Shown: positions 10,928 through 20,612 of the stretch, in pieces
How positions within the stretch are numbered: position 1 is the stretch's first letter
How the letters are laid out: the number at the start of each line of letters is the position of its first letter
Source: Acutalibacteraceae bacterium
GTDB lineage: Bacteria > Bacillota > Clostridia > Oscillospirales > Acutalibacteraceae
Assembly (NCBI GenBank): GCA_045536245.1
Contig: JAZSNE010000001.1
Location: 36,789-100,788 of the forward strand
Length of the DNA: 64,000 bases
Reading direction: 5' to 3'
Position numbers and translations under genes: made by a program
The notes under the pieces: generated by a model
Database searches by the model: none
What the model saw: only the letters and a program-made list of their open reading frames with translations
What the model was told of the DNA's origin: nothing

Positions 10928-11869
10928 ATGAAAGGTATTATTCTGGCAGGCGGCTCGGGAACAAGACTCTATCCGCTTACCATGGTAACAAGTAAACAGC
11001 TTCTGCCTGTTTACGATAAGCCTATGATTTATTATCCCCTCTCAACACTTATGCTTGCGGGCATCCGTGAGATTCTTATTATATCAACCCCCACCGATAC
11101 GCCCAAATTCAAAGAGCTTTTAGGCAACGGCAGACAGTTTGGCTTAAGCCTTTCTTACGCAGTTCAGGAAAGCCCCGACGGCCTTGCTCAGGCATTCATC
11201 ATCGGCGAAGAATTCATCGGCGACGATGACGTTGCAATGGTTCTCGGTGATAATATTTTCTATGGCAACGGTCTTGGTCATATGCTCCGCCAGGCAGCAA
11301 AAAACAAAGGCAGAGCAACCATATTCGGCTATTATGTTGATAATCCGCAGAGCTTCGGCGTTGTTGAATTCAACGAAAAAGGCGAAGCAGTTTCAATTGA
11401 AGAAAAGCCGGCAGTTCCCAAGTCAAACTATGCGGTAACAGGTCTTTATTTCTATGATAACAGAGTTGTTGAATATGCAAAATCACTCAAGCCCTCAAAA
11501 AGAGGCGAGCTTGAGATAACGGACATCAACCAGATATATCTGCAGAACGGCGACCTTGATATAAGGCTGATGGGCAGAGGCTTTGCCTGGCTTGACACGG
11601 GAACCGTTGAAAACCTGATGAACGCCGCAAACTTTATTCAGACGGTTGAAAAGCTGCAGGGAATCAAGATTTCGGCTCCCGAAGAAATCGCCTACAATAT
11701 GCGCTGGATAAGCCGCGAGGCTCTGCTGCGTTCAGCAGAAAAATACGGCAAATCCTCATACGGTCAGCATTTACGTGCCGTTGCAGAGGGCAAAATTCTT
11801 TATTCTGCCGACAGACCGGGTGAAAGACCCTGCTGGGGCACAGAGGAGCAAAACATAAATGAAAAGTGA
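10928..11869 (+). CDS. rfbA: Glucose-1-phosphate thymidylyltransferase
   Basis: [50 protein letters not shown]; ATG at 10928 after GGAG. Confidence 0.98.
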   Translation: MKGIILAGGSGTRLYPLTMVTSKQLLPVYDKPMIYYPLSTLMLAGIREILIISTPTDTPKFKELLGNGRQFGLSLSYAVQESPDGLAQAFIIGEEFIGDDDVAMVLGDNIFYGNGLGHMLRQAAKNKGRATIFGYYVDNPQSFGVVEFNEKGEAVSIEEKPAVPKSNYAVTGLYFYDNRVVEYAKSLKPSKRGELEITDINQIYLQNGDLDIRLMGRGFAWLDTGTVENLMNAANFIQTVEKLQGIKISAPEEIAYNMRWISREALLRSAEKYGKSSYGQHLRAVAEGKILYSADRPGERPCWGTEEQNINEK

Positions 11870-12410
11870 GCAGACCGCCATTAACGGCGTATTTATCATA
11901 GAGCCTGCTGTTTTTGGTGATAACAGAGGTTGGTTTTGCGAAACATATTCAAAAAAAGCATTTAAAGAACTCGGTATTTTTGCCGATTTTGTTCAGGATA
12001 ACCGTTCCTTCTCCGCCAAAAAAGGCACATTGAGAGGTCTGCATTGCCAGACCGACCCAAAATCGCAGGCAAAGCTTGTTTCCTGCACAAAAGGAAAAAT
12101 CATTGACGTTGCCGTTGACATAAGAGAAGGTTCGCCCACATACAAAAAATGGGTTGCGGTTGAGCTTTCGGAAGAAAATAAAAAAATGCTGTTTATCCCC
12201 AAAGGTTGCCTGCACGGCTTTGTTACAATTTCAGATAACGTTGAGCTTTCATACAAGGTTGACGATTTTTATTCACCTGAAAATGACAGAAGCATATGCT
12301 GGTGTGACCCTGATTTGGGTGTTGAATGGGGCATTGACGAACCCATTCTTTCAGCAAAAGACAGCGACGCTCCCCTTCTGAAGGACAGCGACGTTAAATT
12401 TAAATTCTAA
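11859..12410 (+). CDS. rfbC: dTDP-4-dehydrorhamnose 3,5-epimerase
   Basis: [35 protein letters not shown]. Confidence 0.97.
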   Translation: MKSEQTAINGVFIIEPAVFGDNRGWFCETYSKKAFKELGIFADFVQDNRSFSAKKGTLRGLHCQTDPKSQAKLVSCTKGKIIDVAVDIREGSPTYKKWVAVELSEENKKMLFIPKGCLHGFVTISDNVELSYKVDDFYSPENDRSICWCDPDLGVEWGIDEPILSAKDSDAPLLKDSDVKFKF

Positions 12411-12489
12411 AATTTTACAAATTTATCAGGCATAATATTATTTTTTCAGTCCATACTATCTGTGAAAAGCAAAGTAAGGAGTTGAAACT

Positions 12490-12717
12490 ATGCTTGATAA
12501 AATTTCACTTGCACTTGTTATCATCGGCGCACTCAACTGGGGCAGCATCGGTCTTTTTCAGTTTGACCTGGTTGCGTGGATTTTCGGCGGTCAGGGTGCG
12601 ATTCTCAGCAGAATCGTTTACACACTTGTTGCCCTCGCAGGCATCTGGTGCATTTCTCTGCTTTTCAGAGATACCGAAGCTGCCGTTGTTCACACCGATG
12701 ATGAATTCAGAGGTTAA
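12490..12717 (+). CDS. DUF378 family small membrane protein
   Basis: LVIIGALNWG.IGLFQFDLVAWIFG...RIVYTLV.LAG pattern. Confidence 0.88.
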   Translation: MLDKISLALVIIGALNWGSIGLFQFDLVAWIFGGQGAILSRIVYTLVALAGIWCISLLFRDTEAAVVHTDDEFRG

Positions 12718-12734
12718 AAAAGTAAAACAAAAAC

Positions 12735-12768
12735 ATCCGCTCTGTTTTTTGCAGGGCGGATATTTTTT
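12735..12768 (+). terminator. Intrinsic terminator of DUF378 gene
   Basis: ATCCGCTCTG/CAGGGCGGAT stem followed by T-tract. Confidence 0.7.
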
Positions 12769-12805
12769 TGCACCGTTGATTATTTGAAACGACTATAAAA
12801 ACAAA

Positions 12806-12835
12806 AAGGCTCGCTTGTATCAACAAGCAAGCCTT
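12806..12835 (-). terminator. Terminator of rplU-prp-rpmA
   Basis: AAGGCT-CGCTTGT-atca-ACAAGC-AAGCCTT hairpin with A-run on the left (T-tract on minus strand). Confidence 0.65.
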
Positions 12836-12872
12836 GAATGTTTTTGTTCTTCGCTTTGTGAAGAAGAAAATC

Positions 12873-13157
12873 TTATTCTTCTACTGCGTAAACGCTTACC
12901 TTCTTGCGGTCTTTACCCATACGCTCGAACTTAACTGTGCCGTCGATGAGTGCGAAGAGAGTATCGTCTGAACCCTTACCAACGTTGTTGCCGGGATGGA
13001 TGTGTGTGCCTCTCTGTCTTACAAGGATGTTACCTGCAAGAACAAACTGGCCGTCAGCTCTCTTTGCGCCGAGTCTTTTGGATTCGGAATCACGGCCGTT
13101 ACGGGTTGAACCCATACCTTTTTTATGAGCGAAAAGCTGTACATTTATCTTAAGCAT
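12873..13157 (-). CDS. rpmA: 50S ribosomal protein L27 with Firmicutes N-terminal extension
   Basis: MLKINVQLF|[21 protein letters not shown]. Confidence 0.99.
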   Translation of the reverse strand: MLKINVQLFAHKKGMGSTRNGRDSESKRLGAKRADGQFVLAGNILVRQRGTHIHPGNNVGKGSDDTLFALIDGTVKFERMGKDRKKVSVYAVEE

Positions 13158-13473
13158 TCTTTACACCTCCGTAAATTACTTTAATGTTGTGTGGATACTG
13201 CTTTGAAAGCTCGGTTAAATGAAGCTCAAGGCCACGCAGAACTGCTTCTGTTTTATCGTTTGTTTCGCTCAGATGAAAAACCATTGAGCCGCTTTCAGCC
13301 TCTGCCCTTGCGGGAGTGCCGATGATTTCTGTTACGGTGTTTGCCGCCATTAAAGCTGCCGACGAAACCGCCGCACAAACGATATCCTGACCTTCGGGAG
13401 CGAACATTGAATGACCGCTGATTTCAAAGCCGTGGAGTCGGTTGTTACCGATTAAAAACTTGACCCTTGTCAT
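13150..13473 (-). CDS. prp: Ribosomal-processing cysteine protease Prp (YsxB)
   Basis: ISGHS...[11 protein letters not shown] motif; located between rplU and rpmA. Confidence 0.95.
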   Translation of the reverse strand: MTRVKFLIGNNRLHGFEISGHSMFAPEGQDIVCAAVSSAALMAANTVTEIIGTPARAEAESGSMVFHLSETNDKTEAVLRGLELHLTELSKQYPHNIKVIYGGVKNA

Positions 13474-13484
13474 AGGGTTGCAAA

Positions 13485-13796
13485 TTATGCGTTGATGGCA
13501 GAAATTTCAACCTTTGTGTAAGGCTGTCTGTGACCCATCTTGCGCTTGGAGTTCTTCTTGGGCTTGTAAGTCATAACTGTGATCTTTTTGCCCTTGCCGT
13601 TCTTAACTACCTTGGCAGCTACGGTTGCGCCTTCAACATAGGGAGCACCAACCTTGATGCCGTCATCGGTTCCAACTGCGATAACCTTATCAAAGGTGTA
13701 TTCGCTTGCTTCTTCTGCGCCAAGCTTTTCGATGAAGATAACATCGCCTGCTTCAACCTTGTACTGCTTGCCGCCTGTTTCGATAATTGCGTACAT
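13485..13796 (-). CDS. rplU: 50S ribosomal protein L21
   Basis: [14 protein letters not shown]...GHRQPYT; start set to MYAII. Confidence 0.99.
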   Translation of the reverse strand: MYAIIETGGKQYKVEAGDVIFIEKLGAEEASEYTFDKVIAVGTDDGIKVGAPYVEGATVAAKVVKNGKGKKITVMTYKPKKNSKRKMGHRQPYTKVEISAINA

Positions 13797-13821
13797 TCGG
13801 AATATCAATCCTTTTCTTATA

Positions 13822-13915
13822 GACTCGCTATTCTTGTAACACTTATAACTGGGTTACCTGAGGCACAGAGAACCTGTTTTTGGGCACAAGTCACCCGCCC
13901 CGAATATGCGGCATA
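13822..13915 (-). ncRNA. L21 leader-like cis-regulatory RNA
   Basis: 5' UTR of rplU begins TATGCCGCA and ends GCGAGTC just before the RBS, as in Firmicutes L21 leaders; boundaries approximate. Confidence 0.6.
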
Positions 13916-13919
13916 TAGG

Positions 13920-13948
13920 ATTATAGCACAAGGTTCAACAGATGTCAA
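13920..13948 (-). promoter_or_regulatory. Perfect sigma-A promoter of rplU operon
   Basis: TTGACA-17-TATAAT with extended -10 TG. Confidence 0.9.
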
Positions 13949-13976
13949 ACATTTTTTGTGCTTTTATAAAAAATTT

Positions 13977-14216
13977 TTAATTATAATTAGTATAGTTGCC
14001 CTGCTGATAGTTATCGGGACCAAAATTATCGGGTTCTTCAGGCATTATGAGAGCACAAACAATATAAAGAATAACCGGGCTTCCTATAACAAAGATTGAC
14101 AGCAAAACATAAACTACTCTGAGCATTGTTGAATCAACATCAAAATACTGTGCCACACCGCCGATTACACCGAAAAGCTTTTTATCATAACGGCTTCTGT
14201 AAAGCTTCTTTTTCAT
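13977..14216 (-). CDS. PspC domain protein
   Basis: KKLYRSRYDKKLFGVIGGVAQYFDVD..MLR...YIVCALIMPEEP. Confidence 0.9.
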   Translation of the reverse strand: MKKKLYRSRYDKKLFGVIGGVAQYFDVDSTMLRVVYVLLSIFVIGSPVILYIVCALIMPEEPDNFGPDNYQQGNYTNYN

Positions 14217-14237
14217 TTTATGCACCCTTTCTATACA

Positions 14238-15089
14238 TTATATATTATTCTGCTCCTTGCAGGCTGTAAGAGTGTTTTGCATAAGCATTGCGATGGTCAT
14301 AGGACCAACACCACCGGGCACGGGCGTTATCATTAAAGCCTTATCCTTGACAGCTTCAAAATCAACGTCGCCGCAGAGCTTGCCGCTTTCGAGCCTGTTG
14401 ATACCGACATCGAGAACGATTGCACCCTCGCCGACCATATCCGCCGTTACAAAGTTGGGAATACCAACCGCCGCAACAAGGATATCCGCCTGCTTTGTGA
14501 TTGAAGGCAGGTCAACTGTTTTTGAGTGGCAGATTGTTACCGTTGCGCTCTTTGAGAGCATAAGCATTGCCATAGGCTTGCCGACGATATCGCTTCTGCC
14601 GATGATTACGCAGTGCTTGCCTGCAGGGTCAACACCTTCATACTCAAGCATCTTCATCATACCCATGGGCGTGCAGGGCATAAGCTTGCCCATACCCGTT
14701 GAGAGCAGACCCACGTTTTCAGGGTGGAAGCAGTCAACGTCTTTCTCGGGAAGAATTCTTCTGAGCACCTGGTTTTTATCAATATGTTTGGGCACGGGAA
14801 GCTGGCAGAGAATGCCGCTGACCGTTGCATCTGCGTTGAGTTTATCAATCAGAGCAAGAAGCTCCTCTGTTGTGGTTTCTTCGGGCATAGCAAACTCAAG
14901 CGAGCGCATACCGACTCTTTCACAAGCTGTTTTTTTGTTGTTGACATACACCCTTGAAGCAGGGTCGCTGCCGACGATGATAACTGCAAGAGCAGGCTCG
15001 ACGCCTTTTTCTTTGAGAGCGGCAACCTCAGCCGCAATTTTATCAAGGTTATATTCTCTTATAGCCTTGCCGTCAATAAGCTTTGCCAT
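14238..15089 (-). CDS. folD: Bifunctional methylene-THF dehydrogenase/cyclohydrolase
   Basis: YVNNK, KDVDCFHP, PCTPMG, GRSDIVGKP, TPVPGGVGPMT. Confidence 0.98.
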   Translation of the reverse strand: MAKLIDGKAIREYNLDKIAAEVAALKEKGVEPALAVIIVGSDPASRVYVNNKKTACERVGMRSLEFAMPEETTTEELLALIDKLNADATVSGILCQLPVPKHIDKNQVLRRILPEKDVDCFHPENVGLLSTGMGKLMPCTPMGMMKMLEYEGVDPAGKHCVIIGRSDIVGKPMAMLMLSKSATVTICHSKTVDLPSITKQADILVAAVGIPNFVTADMVGEGAIVLDVGINRLESGKLCGDVDFEAVKDKALMITPVPGGVGPMTIAMLMQNTLTACKEQNNI

Positions 15090-15091
15090 AT

Positions 15092-16105
15092 TTACACCTC
15101 TTCTTCTGCCGTTACGGTATTTTCCGATTCTGCAGTTTCATTTGTTTTTGTTTGAGCGTCAGCCTTTTCTTTTTTTGTGCTTTCTTTTGCAACAACATCG
15201 GCATCAAAATAATCAATGCCTTCAATGGGCTTCGGGTTCTTTGTATATTTTATAAGGAGCACAACCAGCAGAATTGTGCAAACAACAACGATTGCACCCG
15301 AAAGAGCCTGCGAGGTTCTTATCTGCGTGCCTGCAATATAAAGGCTGTCTGTGCGCAGGCCTTCAACAATCATTCTTTCAAGGCCGTACCAGATACCGTA
15401 GCAAAGGAAGGTCTGACCGCTGAATTTGCGGAATTTGGTTGTGATGATATAAAGCACGAGCACGCCGAGCAAACACCAGATTGATTCGTAAAGGAAGGTG
15501 GGGTGAACGTATTTATCGGGGTCAACGGAAAAACCGTTTGCTGCAAATTCAGCCTGATTAAAAACGATATAATCGTGCACCTTCGGACTCCACATACCCC
15601 AGGGCATATCGGTGTTAACACCAAAAGCTTCCTGATTTGTGAAGTTGCCCCATCTGCCGATGCCCTGGCCGATAAGCAGGCTCATACCCGCAATATCAAG
15701 CAGATTCCAGAAGTTGAGCTTGCGCACCTTGCAAACAACGAACGCCGCCGCTATACCGCCGATGATGCCGCCGTAAATCGCAAGTCCGCCCTCCCAGATT
15801 TTGATAATATCTGCAGGGTTTGCGGAATAGTTATCCCATTTTGAAAAAACATAATAAAGTCTTGCACCGATGATGGCGGAAATTGTGCCGTAGATGAGCA
15901 CGTCAATCATCTTATCAAGGCTCATTTTCCACTTATAAGCCATTCTGCCGCCGAAAAGAACGGCAAGAGTGAAGCCAAAAGCAATAATTGCGCCGTAAAA
16001 CTTAATTGATATTTCATTGCCGAAAAGAGTGAATTCGGCAAGAACGCTGGGAATTTCAAAGGTTTTTTCAAGTCCTTTGAATGATACTGTTGTGAAATCA
16101 GACAT
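15092..16105 (-). CDS. lgt: Prolipoprotein diacylglyceryl transferase
   Basis: GARLYYV, IWEGGLAIYGG, GQGIGRWGNF.NQEAFG, HPTFLYES. Confidence 0.97.
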   Translation of the reverse strand: MSDFTTVSFKGLEKTFEIPSVLAEFTLFGNEISIKFYGAIIAFGFTLAVLFGGRMAYKWKMSLDKMIDVLIYGTISAIIGARLYYVFSKWDNYSANPADIIKIWEGGLAIYGGIIGGIAAAFVVCKVRKLNFWNLLDIAGMSLLIGQGIGRWGNFTNQEAFGVNTDMPWGMWSPKVHDYIVFNQAEFAANGFSVDPDKYVHPTFLYESIWCLLGVLVLYIITTKFRKFSGQTFLCYGIWYGLERMIVEGLRTDSLYIAGTQIRTSQALSGAIVVVCTILLVVLLIKYTKNPKPIEGIDYFDADVVAKESTKKEKADAQTKTNETAESENTVTAEEEV

Positions 16106-16117
16106 ACCGCAACCTCC

Positions 16118-17389
16118 TTATTCAACAGGGCTGATGACCGAAAGAGCCGAATATTCGTTTTTGATTTTGGCAAGTCTTGCCTGTGCCTTTTCGAGCGTAA
16201 CGTTCTTACAGGCTTCGATTTCAGCAAAAGGCTCATAGCCGTTGAAATAGAGATTCATCAGCAGGTTTGCCGTGTCGTCGATATCGTTATAGCTCATAAC
16301 GTATCTGCCGTAGAACTTGCGTTTTGCTCTTTCAAAAGCGGCAGAATCAATTCCCTCCGCATTGAGCTTTTCAAATTCTTCTTTGATAATTGCAGCAGCA
16401 GCCTCGGGGTCTTTGCTTGAGCCGCCGAGCATTACGCAGGAAAAGCCGAAGCCGTTGAAAAGCTCCGAGCCGAAGCTCATATCAATAAGCTCCGCATCAA
16501 GCAGCTTTTTGAAAAGCGGAGAAGATTTGCCGGCAATTGCTTCAAGCATAATCTGCGACGCAATTTCATCTTCAAGCGAAAGAAGCGGCTCTGAAAGGTC
16601 TTCCTTGAAGCCGAGCATAAACTGCTTTTGCGCAACAGAGAGATTTTGCTCAATATAATCCTGAACAGGAACGGGATTTTCTTTTTCAAACTTACGCTCG
16701 CATTCGGCACCTTCAGTTTTTTTGACGTTGCTTTCAACAATTTCGGCAACTTTTTCGGGCGTGATATCGCCCACAACGCTCAGCACCATATTGCCGGGGT
16801 TATAGAAGTTTTCATAAAGCCTGTAAAGCAGGTCGGCATCAATCTGCGCAATTGATTCCTGCGTGCCTGCAATATCAATGCGAACAGGGTGGTTGCTGTA
16901 AAGCGCTTTAAGAAGATTAAACATTACCTGCCAATCGGGCAAATCCTGATACATACGGATTTCCTGGCCGATGATGCCCTGCTCTTTTTCAACCGTCTGC
17001 TGGGTGAAATAAGGGTTCTGAACAAAATCGAGGAGAATTACAAGCGATTCATCAACATTTTCCGAGCCTTTAAAAAGATAGGCGGTTTTTTCAAAGCTTG
17101 TGTAAGCATTTGCGCTTGCGCCTGTTTTGGCAAAGCGTTCAAAGGCGTTCAAATCCTCGCTTTCAAAAAGCTTGTGCTCAAGGAAATGCGCCGTACCCTC
17201 GGGGATTGTTTCAAACTCGCCCGATGCGTTTTTGACTGCTGTATCAATTGAGCCGTATTTGACGCCGAACACCGCATACGTTGAAGAATATCCTTCTTTG
17301 GGGAGCACTCTGATTTCAAGACCCGATGAATGCTTACCGCAATAAACGGTTTCGCCAAGCTTTTTATCTGTATATTTCTTAAACTTCAT
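16118..17389 (-). CDS. ymfH: M16 family zinc peptidase (YmfH-like)
   Basis: HxxEH motif AHFLEHKLF, NAYTS, VEKEQGIIGQEI; start set to MKFKKY. Confidence 0.9.
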   Translation of the reverse strand: MKFKKYTDKKLGETVYCGKHSSGLEIRVLPKEGYSSTYAVFGVKYGSIDTAVKNASGEFETIPEGTAHFLEHKLFESEDLNAFERFAKTGASANAYTSFEKTAYLFKGSENVDESLVILLDFVQNPYFTQQTVEKEQGIIGQEIRMYQDLPDWQVMFNLLKALYSNHPVRIDIAGTQESIAQIDADLLYRLYENFYNPGNMVLSVVGDITPEKVAEIVESNVKKTEGAECERKFEKENPVPVQDYIEQNLSVAQKQFMLGFKEDLSEPLLSLEDEIASQIMLEAIAGKSSPLFKKLLDAELIDMSFGSELFNGFGFSCVMLGGSSKDPEAAAAIIKEEFEKLNAEGIDSAAFERAKRKFYGRYVMSYNDIDDTANLLMNLYFNGYEPFAEIEACKNVTLEKAQARLAKIKNEYSALSVISPVE

Positions 17390-18653
17390 TTTCTTCTGCC
17401 TCCTCCTGCGCCGAAAGCATAAAGATGGTGTCAATGGAAAGCTTCTTTGCTGCTGCGCAGACATCATCCATCGTTACCTGCTCAATGCCTCTGACCATCT
17501 CTTCGGGAGTTATTACTTCATCACAGGTTGCCTGCGACGAATACCAGCCGAGAATGCCCTCGGGAGTTGTGAGGGTATGCTTCTCACGCAGAGCACGTTT
17601 TGAGGAATCGAGCACCTCGGGGTCAGTTTTGCCGTTTCTTAAATCGGAAAGCTGGCTGAGCACCTCTGCAGAAACCTTTTTCTCTTTGTAAGTGTCAATT
17701 CCGCTTTCAACAAGCACAATGCCCTTTGCCGCAACAAGCCTTGACCAGCAATAATATGCAAGGCTCATTTTTTCACGGATATTCATAAAGAGCTTGGAAT
17801 AGGTGCCCATACCGAAAATATCGTTCATAACAACCATTGCAAAGATGTTATCTCTTCTGTGCTGCATACCTGCTCTGAAGCCCATAACAAGCTTGCCCTG
17901 ATTAACGGGAAACTTTTCTTCATAATGATTGAAGCGTCTGCTGCGCTGAACAAACACTGTTTCAAGCGTTGCAGGGTTACGCTCAACTTTTGCAAAAGCC
18001 TTTTCAAAAATCGCTGCAACTTTTTCTGCATCCGCCGCACCGACAACGGTAATCTGGAAAACTGCGGTTGAGAGCAGAGTTTTCCACGCCTCATAAACCT
18101 CTGCCATTTTTACGGCTTCAATTTCTTCAACCGTGCCGTATTTATCCTTACCGTATGCCTCATTCTGGCACATATAGCTGATGCATTTATTGAATGCGTA
18201 GGAACGTTTATCGTTCATTTCTTCTTCAATGCGCTGGATAAGCAGGCGTTTTTCCATTGCGAGCGACTCTGCGCCGAAGGAGCCGTTTTTGACGTTGGGC
18301 TTGAAGATGATATCGCACAAAAGCTGTGCCGCTTCAAGCTGAATGCTCTCGCCCTCAAGAGCAAATTTATCGGCAAGGCTGGTGATGCTCAGGGTCAGCA
18401 CCTGCGCTTCACCGTTTTTGGAAACACCTGCGCCGAGGATTGCACCGTAAAGCTCATCGAGCTTGCCGTTGAGCAAAGAAAGCTCGGGGTAAGCCTTGCA
18501 GGAGCGTTTGAGAAGATAAACAAGCAGCGAATTTGCCGCCATTCTTTCGTCCATAGGCAGAGCCATTGAAACGGAAATACAGCCTGTTTTGAATTTATCG
18601 GCAGGCTCGGAAACAAGCCTTACCTTATCAGCGAGCATTTTAATCTGAGGCAT
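17379..18653 (-). CDS. ymfF: M16 peptidase-like non-catalytic subunit (YmfF-like)
   Basis: M16 fold without HxxEH; SKLFMNIREKMSLAYYC; paired with ymfH. Confidence 0.85.
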   Translation of the reverse strand: MPQIKMLADKVRLVSEPADKFKTGCISVSMALPMDERMAANSLLVYLLKRSCKAYPELSLLNGKLDELYGAILGAGVSKNGEAQVLTLSITSLADKFALEGESIQLEAAQLLCDIIFKPNVKNGSFGAESLAMEKRLLIQRIEEEMNDKRSYAFNKCISYMCQNEAYGKDKYGTVEEIEAVKMAEVYEAWKTLLSTAVFQITVVGAADAEKVAAIFEKAFAKVERNPATLETVFVQRSRRFNHYEEKFPVNQGKLVMGFRAGMQHRRDNIFAMVVMNDIFGMGTYSKLFMNIREKMSLAYYCWSRLVAAKGIVLVESGIDTYKEKKVSAEVLSQLSDLRNGKTDPEVLDSSKRALREKHTLTTPEGILGWYSSQATCDEVITPEEMVRGIEQVTMDDVCAAAKKLSIDTIFMLSAQEEAEENEV

Positions 18654-18675
18654 TGAATCACTTCCTTAAAAGTAA

Positions 18676-19974
18676 TCAGATGTCGCAAGCGGCGACCATC
18701 TCATAGGTTTCTCTTTTAACAACCGTTCTTGCCTTGCCGTTATCAACCATAACAACGGGAAGCTTGGGGATACGGTTATAGTTTGATGCCATTGAATAGT
18801 TATATGCACCCGTTGAAAGAACAGCAAGAATATCCCCTGCTTCAACGGTCTGAACTTTTGTGTTTTCCTGAATAAGGTCACCGCTTTCGCAGCACTTGCC
18901 CGCAACGGTAACCGTCATATTCTTTTCTTCGTTCGCCTTGTTGGCGCAGACAACCTGATAATCTGCGTGATAAAGAGCATATCTGGGGTTATCCGCCATA
19001 CCGCCGTCAACAGAAACAAAGGTGCGTATGCCCGGAATCTCTTTGACTGCGCCGACGGTGTAGAGCGTCAGACCTGCCGCACCGACCACGGAGCGACCCG
19101 GCTCAATAAGAATGAAAGGCATTTTAAGACCGAGCTTTTCTGTTTCTGCCTTAACTACGGCTGAAACGTTCTTCATATATTCGCCGTAAGGAATGGGCGT
19201 GTCGCCGTCAACGTATTTTATACCGAAACCGCCGCCGAGATTCAGCTCGTCAAGCTCTGCTCCCGTTTCGTCTTTGATTTGCTTATAGAGGTCAAGCATA
19301 ACCTCGGCTGCAAGCTCAAAGGGGTCGATATCAAAAATCTGCGAGCCGATATGGCAATGCAGACCTCTGAGCTTAAGGTTTGGCATTGCAAGAGCTGCCT
19401 TTGCCGCTTCAAGAGCCTCGCCCGTTTCAAGAGCAAAGCCGAATTTGGAATCAATCTGACCCGTTTTAATAAAATCGTGTGTATGTGCATCAACGCCGGG
19501 CTTTATGCGCAGCATAATGCCGACGGTTTTGCCTGCACCTGCGGCGATTTCGTTAAGCTTTTTAAGCTCCGTGAGGTTATCAACAACAACTCTGCCGACG
19601 CCGTTTTCAACAGCCATCAAAAGCTCGTCGGGAGTTTTGTTGTTGCCGTGAAAAACAATGTTTTCTGCAGGGAAATCAACGGAAAGAGCGGTATAAAGCT
19701 CGCCGCCCGAAACAACGTCAACGCCTGTGCCCTCCTGCTTGCAGATGCGGTAAATCTCTTTGCAGCTGAAAGCCTTGCTGGCGTAGCACACAAGACCGTT
19801 GCCGCCGTAGTTTTCTTCAATTGAATTCCTGAAAGCACGCAGATTTGCCCTTATCTCGTTTTCATCAAAAACATAAACGGGCGTGCCGAATTCCTTTGCA
19901 AGCTCAACGGTATCCGCCGAGCCGATGGTCAGATGACCTTTTTCGTTTATTGAAATACAGTCTGAAACAAACAT
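18676..19974 (-). CDS. lysA: Diaminopimelate decarboxylase
   Basis: YASKAF (PLP Lys), HCHIGSQ, LNLGGGFG, EPGRS, GKCCESGD, GAY.YSMASNYN. Confidence 0.98.
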   Translation of the reverse strand: MFVSDCISINEKGHLTIGSADTVELAKEFGTPVYVFDENEIRANLRAFRNSIEENYGGNGLVCYASKAFSCKEIYRICKQEGTGVDVVSGGELYTALSVDFPAENIVFHGNNKTPDELLMAVENGVGRVVVDNLTELKKLNEIAAGAGKTVGIMLRIKPGVDAHTHDFIKTGQIDSKFGFALETGEALEAAKAALAMPNLKLRGLHCHIGSQIFDIDPFELAAEVMLDLYKQIKDETGAELDELNLGGGFGIKYVDGDTPIPYGEYMKNVSAVVKAETEKLGLKMPFILIEPGRSVVGAAGLTLYTVGAVKEIPGIRTFVSVDGGMADNPRYALYHADYQVVCANKANEEKNMTVTVAGKCCESGDLIQENTKVQTVEAGDILAVLSTGAYNYSMASNYNRIPKLPVVMVDNGKARTVVKRETYEMVAACDI

Positions 19975-20001
19975 TTTTAATCCTTCTCTTTATCAGAATA
20001 A

Positions 20002-20589
20002 TCACATATCAGTAACCGCCGAAACGATTTCAGCCTTGATTTCATCAACACCCGTACCCTTGACGGATGAAAACTCAACCTTGGTGATATCCGCATAATC
20101 GGCAAGCTCCGCTTTAAGCTCTTCTCTGCGTTTTTCGGTTTCGGTTTTGTTGAGCTTATCACATTTTGTGAGAGCAATCACAAAAGGAATTTCCATCTGA
20201 CGCAGGAAATAAAGCATATCCATATCATCCGCAGAGGGTGCGTGGCGCATATCAATGAGCTGAACAACAAGCGCAATGTTTCTGCCCGACTGAAAATAGC
20301 CTTCCATAAGGTCTGCCCAGCGTTTCTTTTCGCTCTGCTCACGCTTTGCATAGCCGTAGCCGGGTAAATCGGCAAAAATAACGCCGTCACCTTTAAAGAA
20401 ATTGACTGTTATTGTTTTGCCCGGCATCGAGCTTACTCTTGCAAGATTTTTGCGGTTAAAAACCTTGTTGATGAGCGATGATTTGCCCACGTTGGAGCGG
20501 CCCGAAAAAACAATTTCAGGCATACCAGAAGGCGGAAGCTGCTTTGAAGTGCCGTAAGCGGCAGTGAATTCTATTTTATCAAATCTCAT
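20002..20589 (-). CDS. engB: Ribosome biogenesis GTPase YsxC/EngB
   Basis: GRSNVGKSS, PGKT, DLPGYG, TKCDK. Confidence 0.97.
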   Translation of the reverse strand: MRFDKIEFTAAYGTSKQLPPSGMPEIVFSGRSNVGKSSLINKVFNRKNLARVSSMPGKTITVNFFKGDGVIFADLPGYGYAKREQSEKKRWADLMEGYFQSGRNIALVVQLIDMRHAPSADDMDMLYFLRQMEIPFVIALTKCDKLNKTETEKRREELKAELADYADITKVEFSSVKGTGVDEIKAEIVSAVTDM

Positions 20590-20612
20590 ATTATCAATCC
20601 TGTGTTTTCTGA

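Noticed and set aside
14257-15255. 332-aa plus-strand ORF
   Set aside because: Antisense shadow of folD/lgt; no RBS or recognisable motifs.
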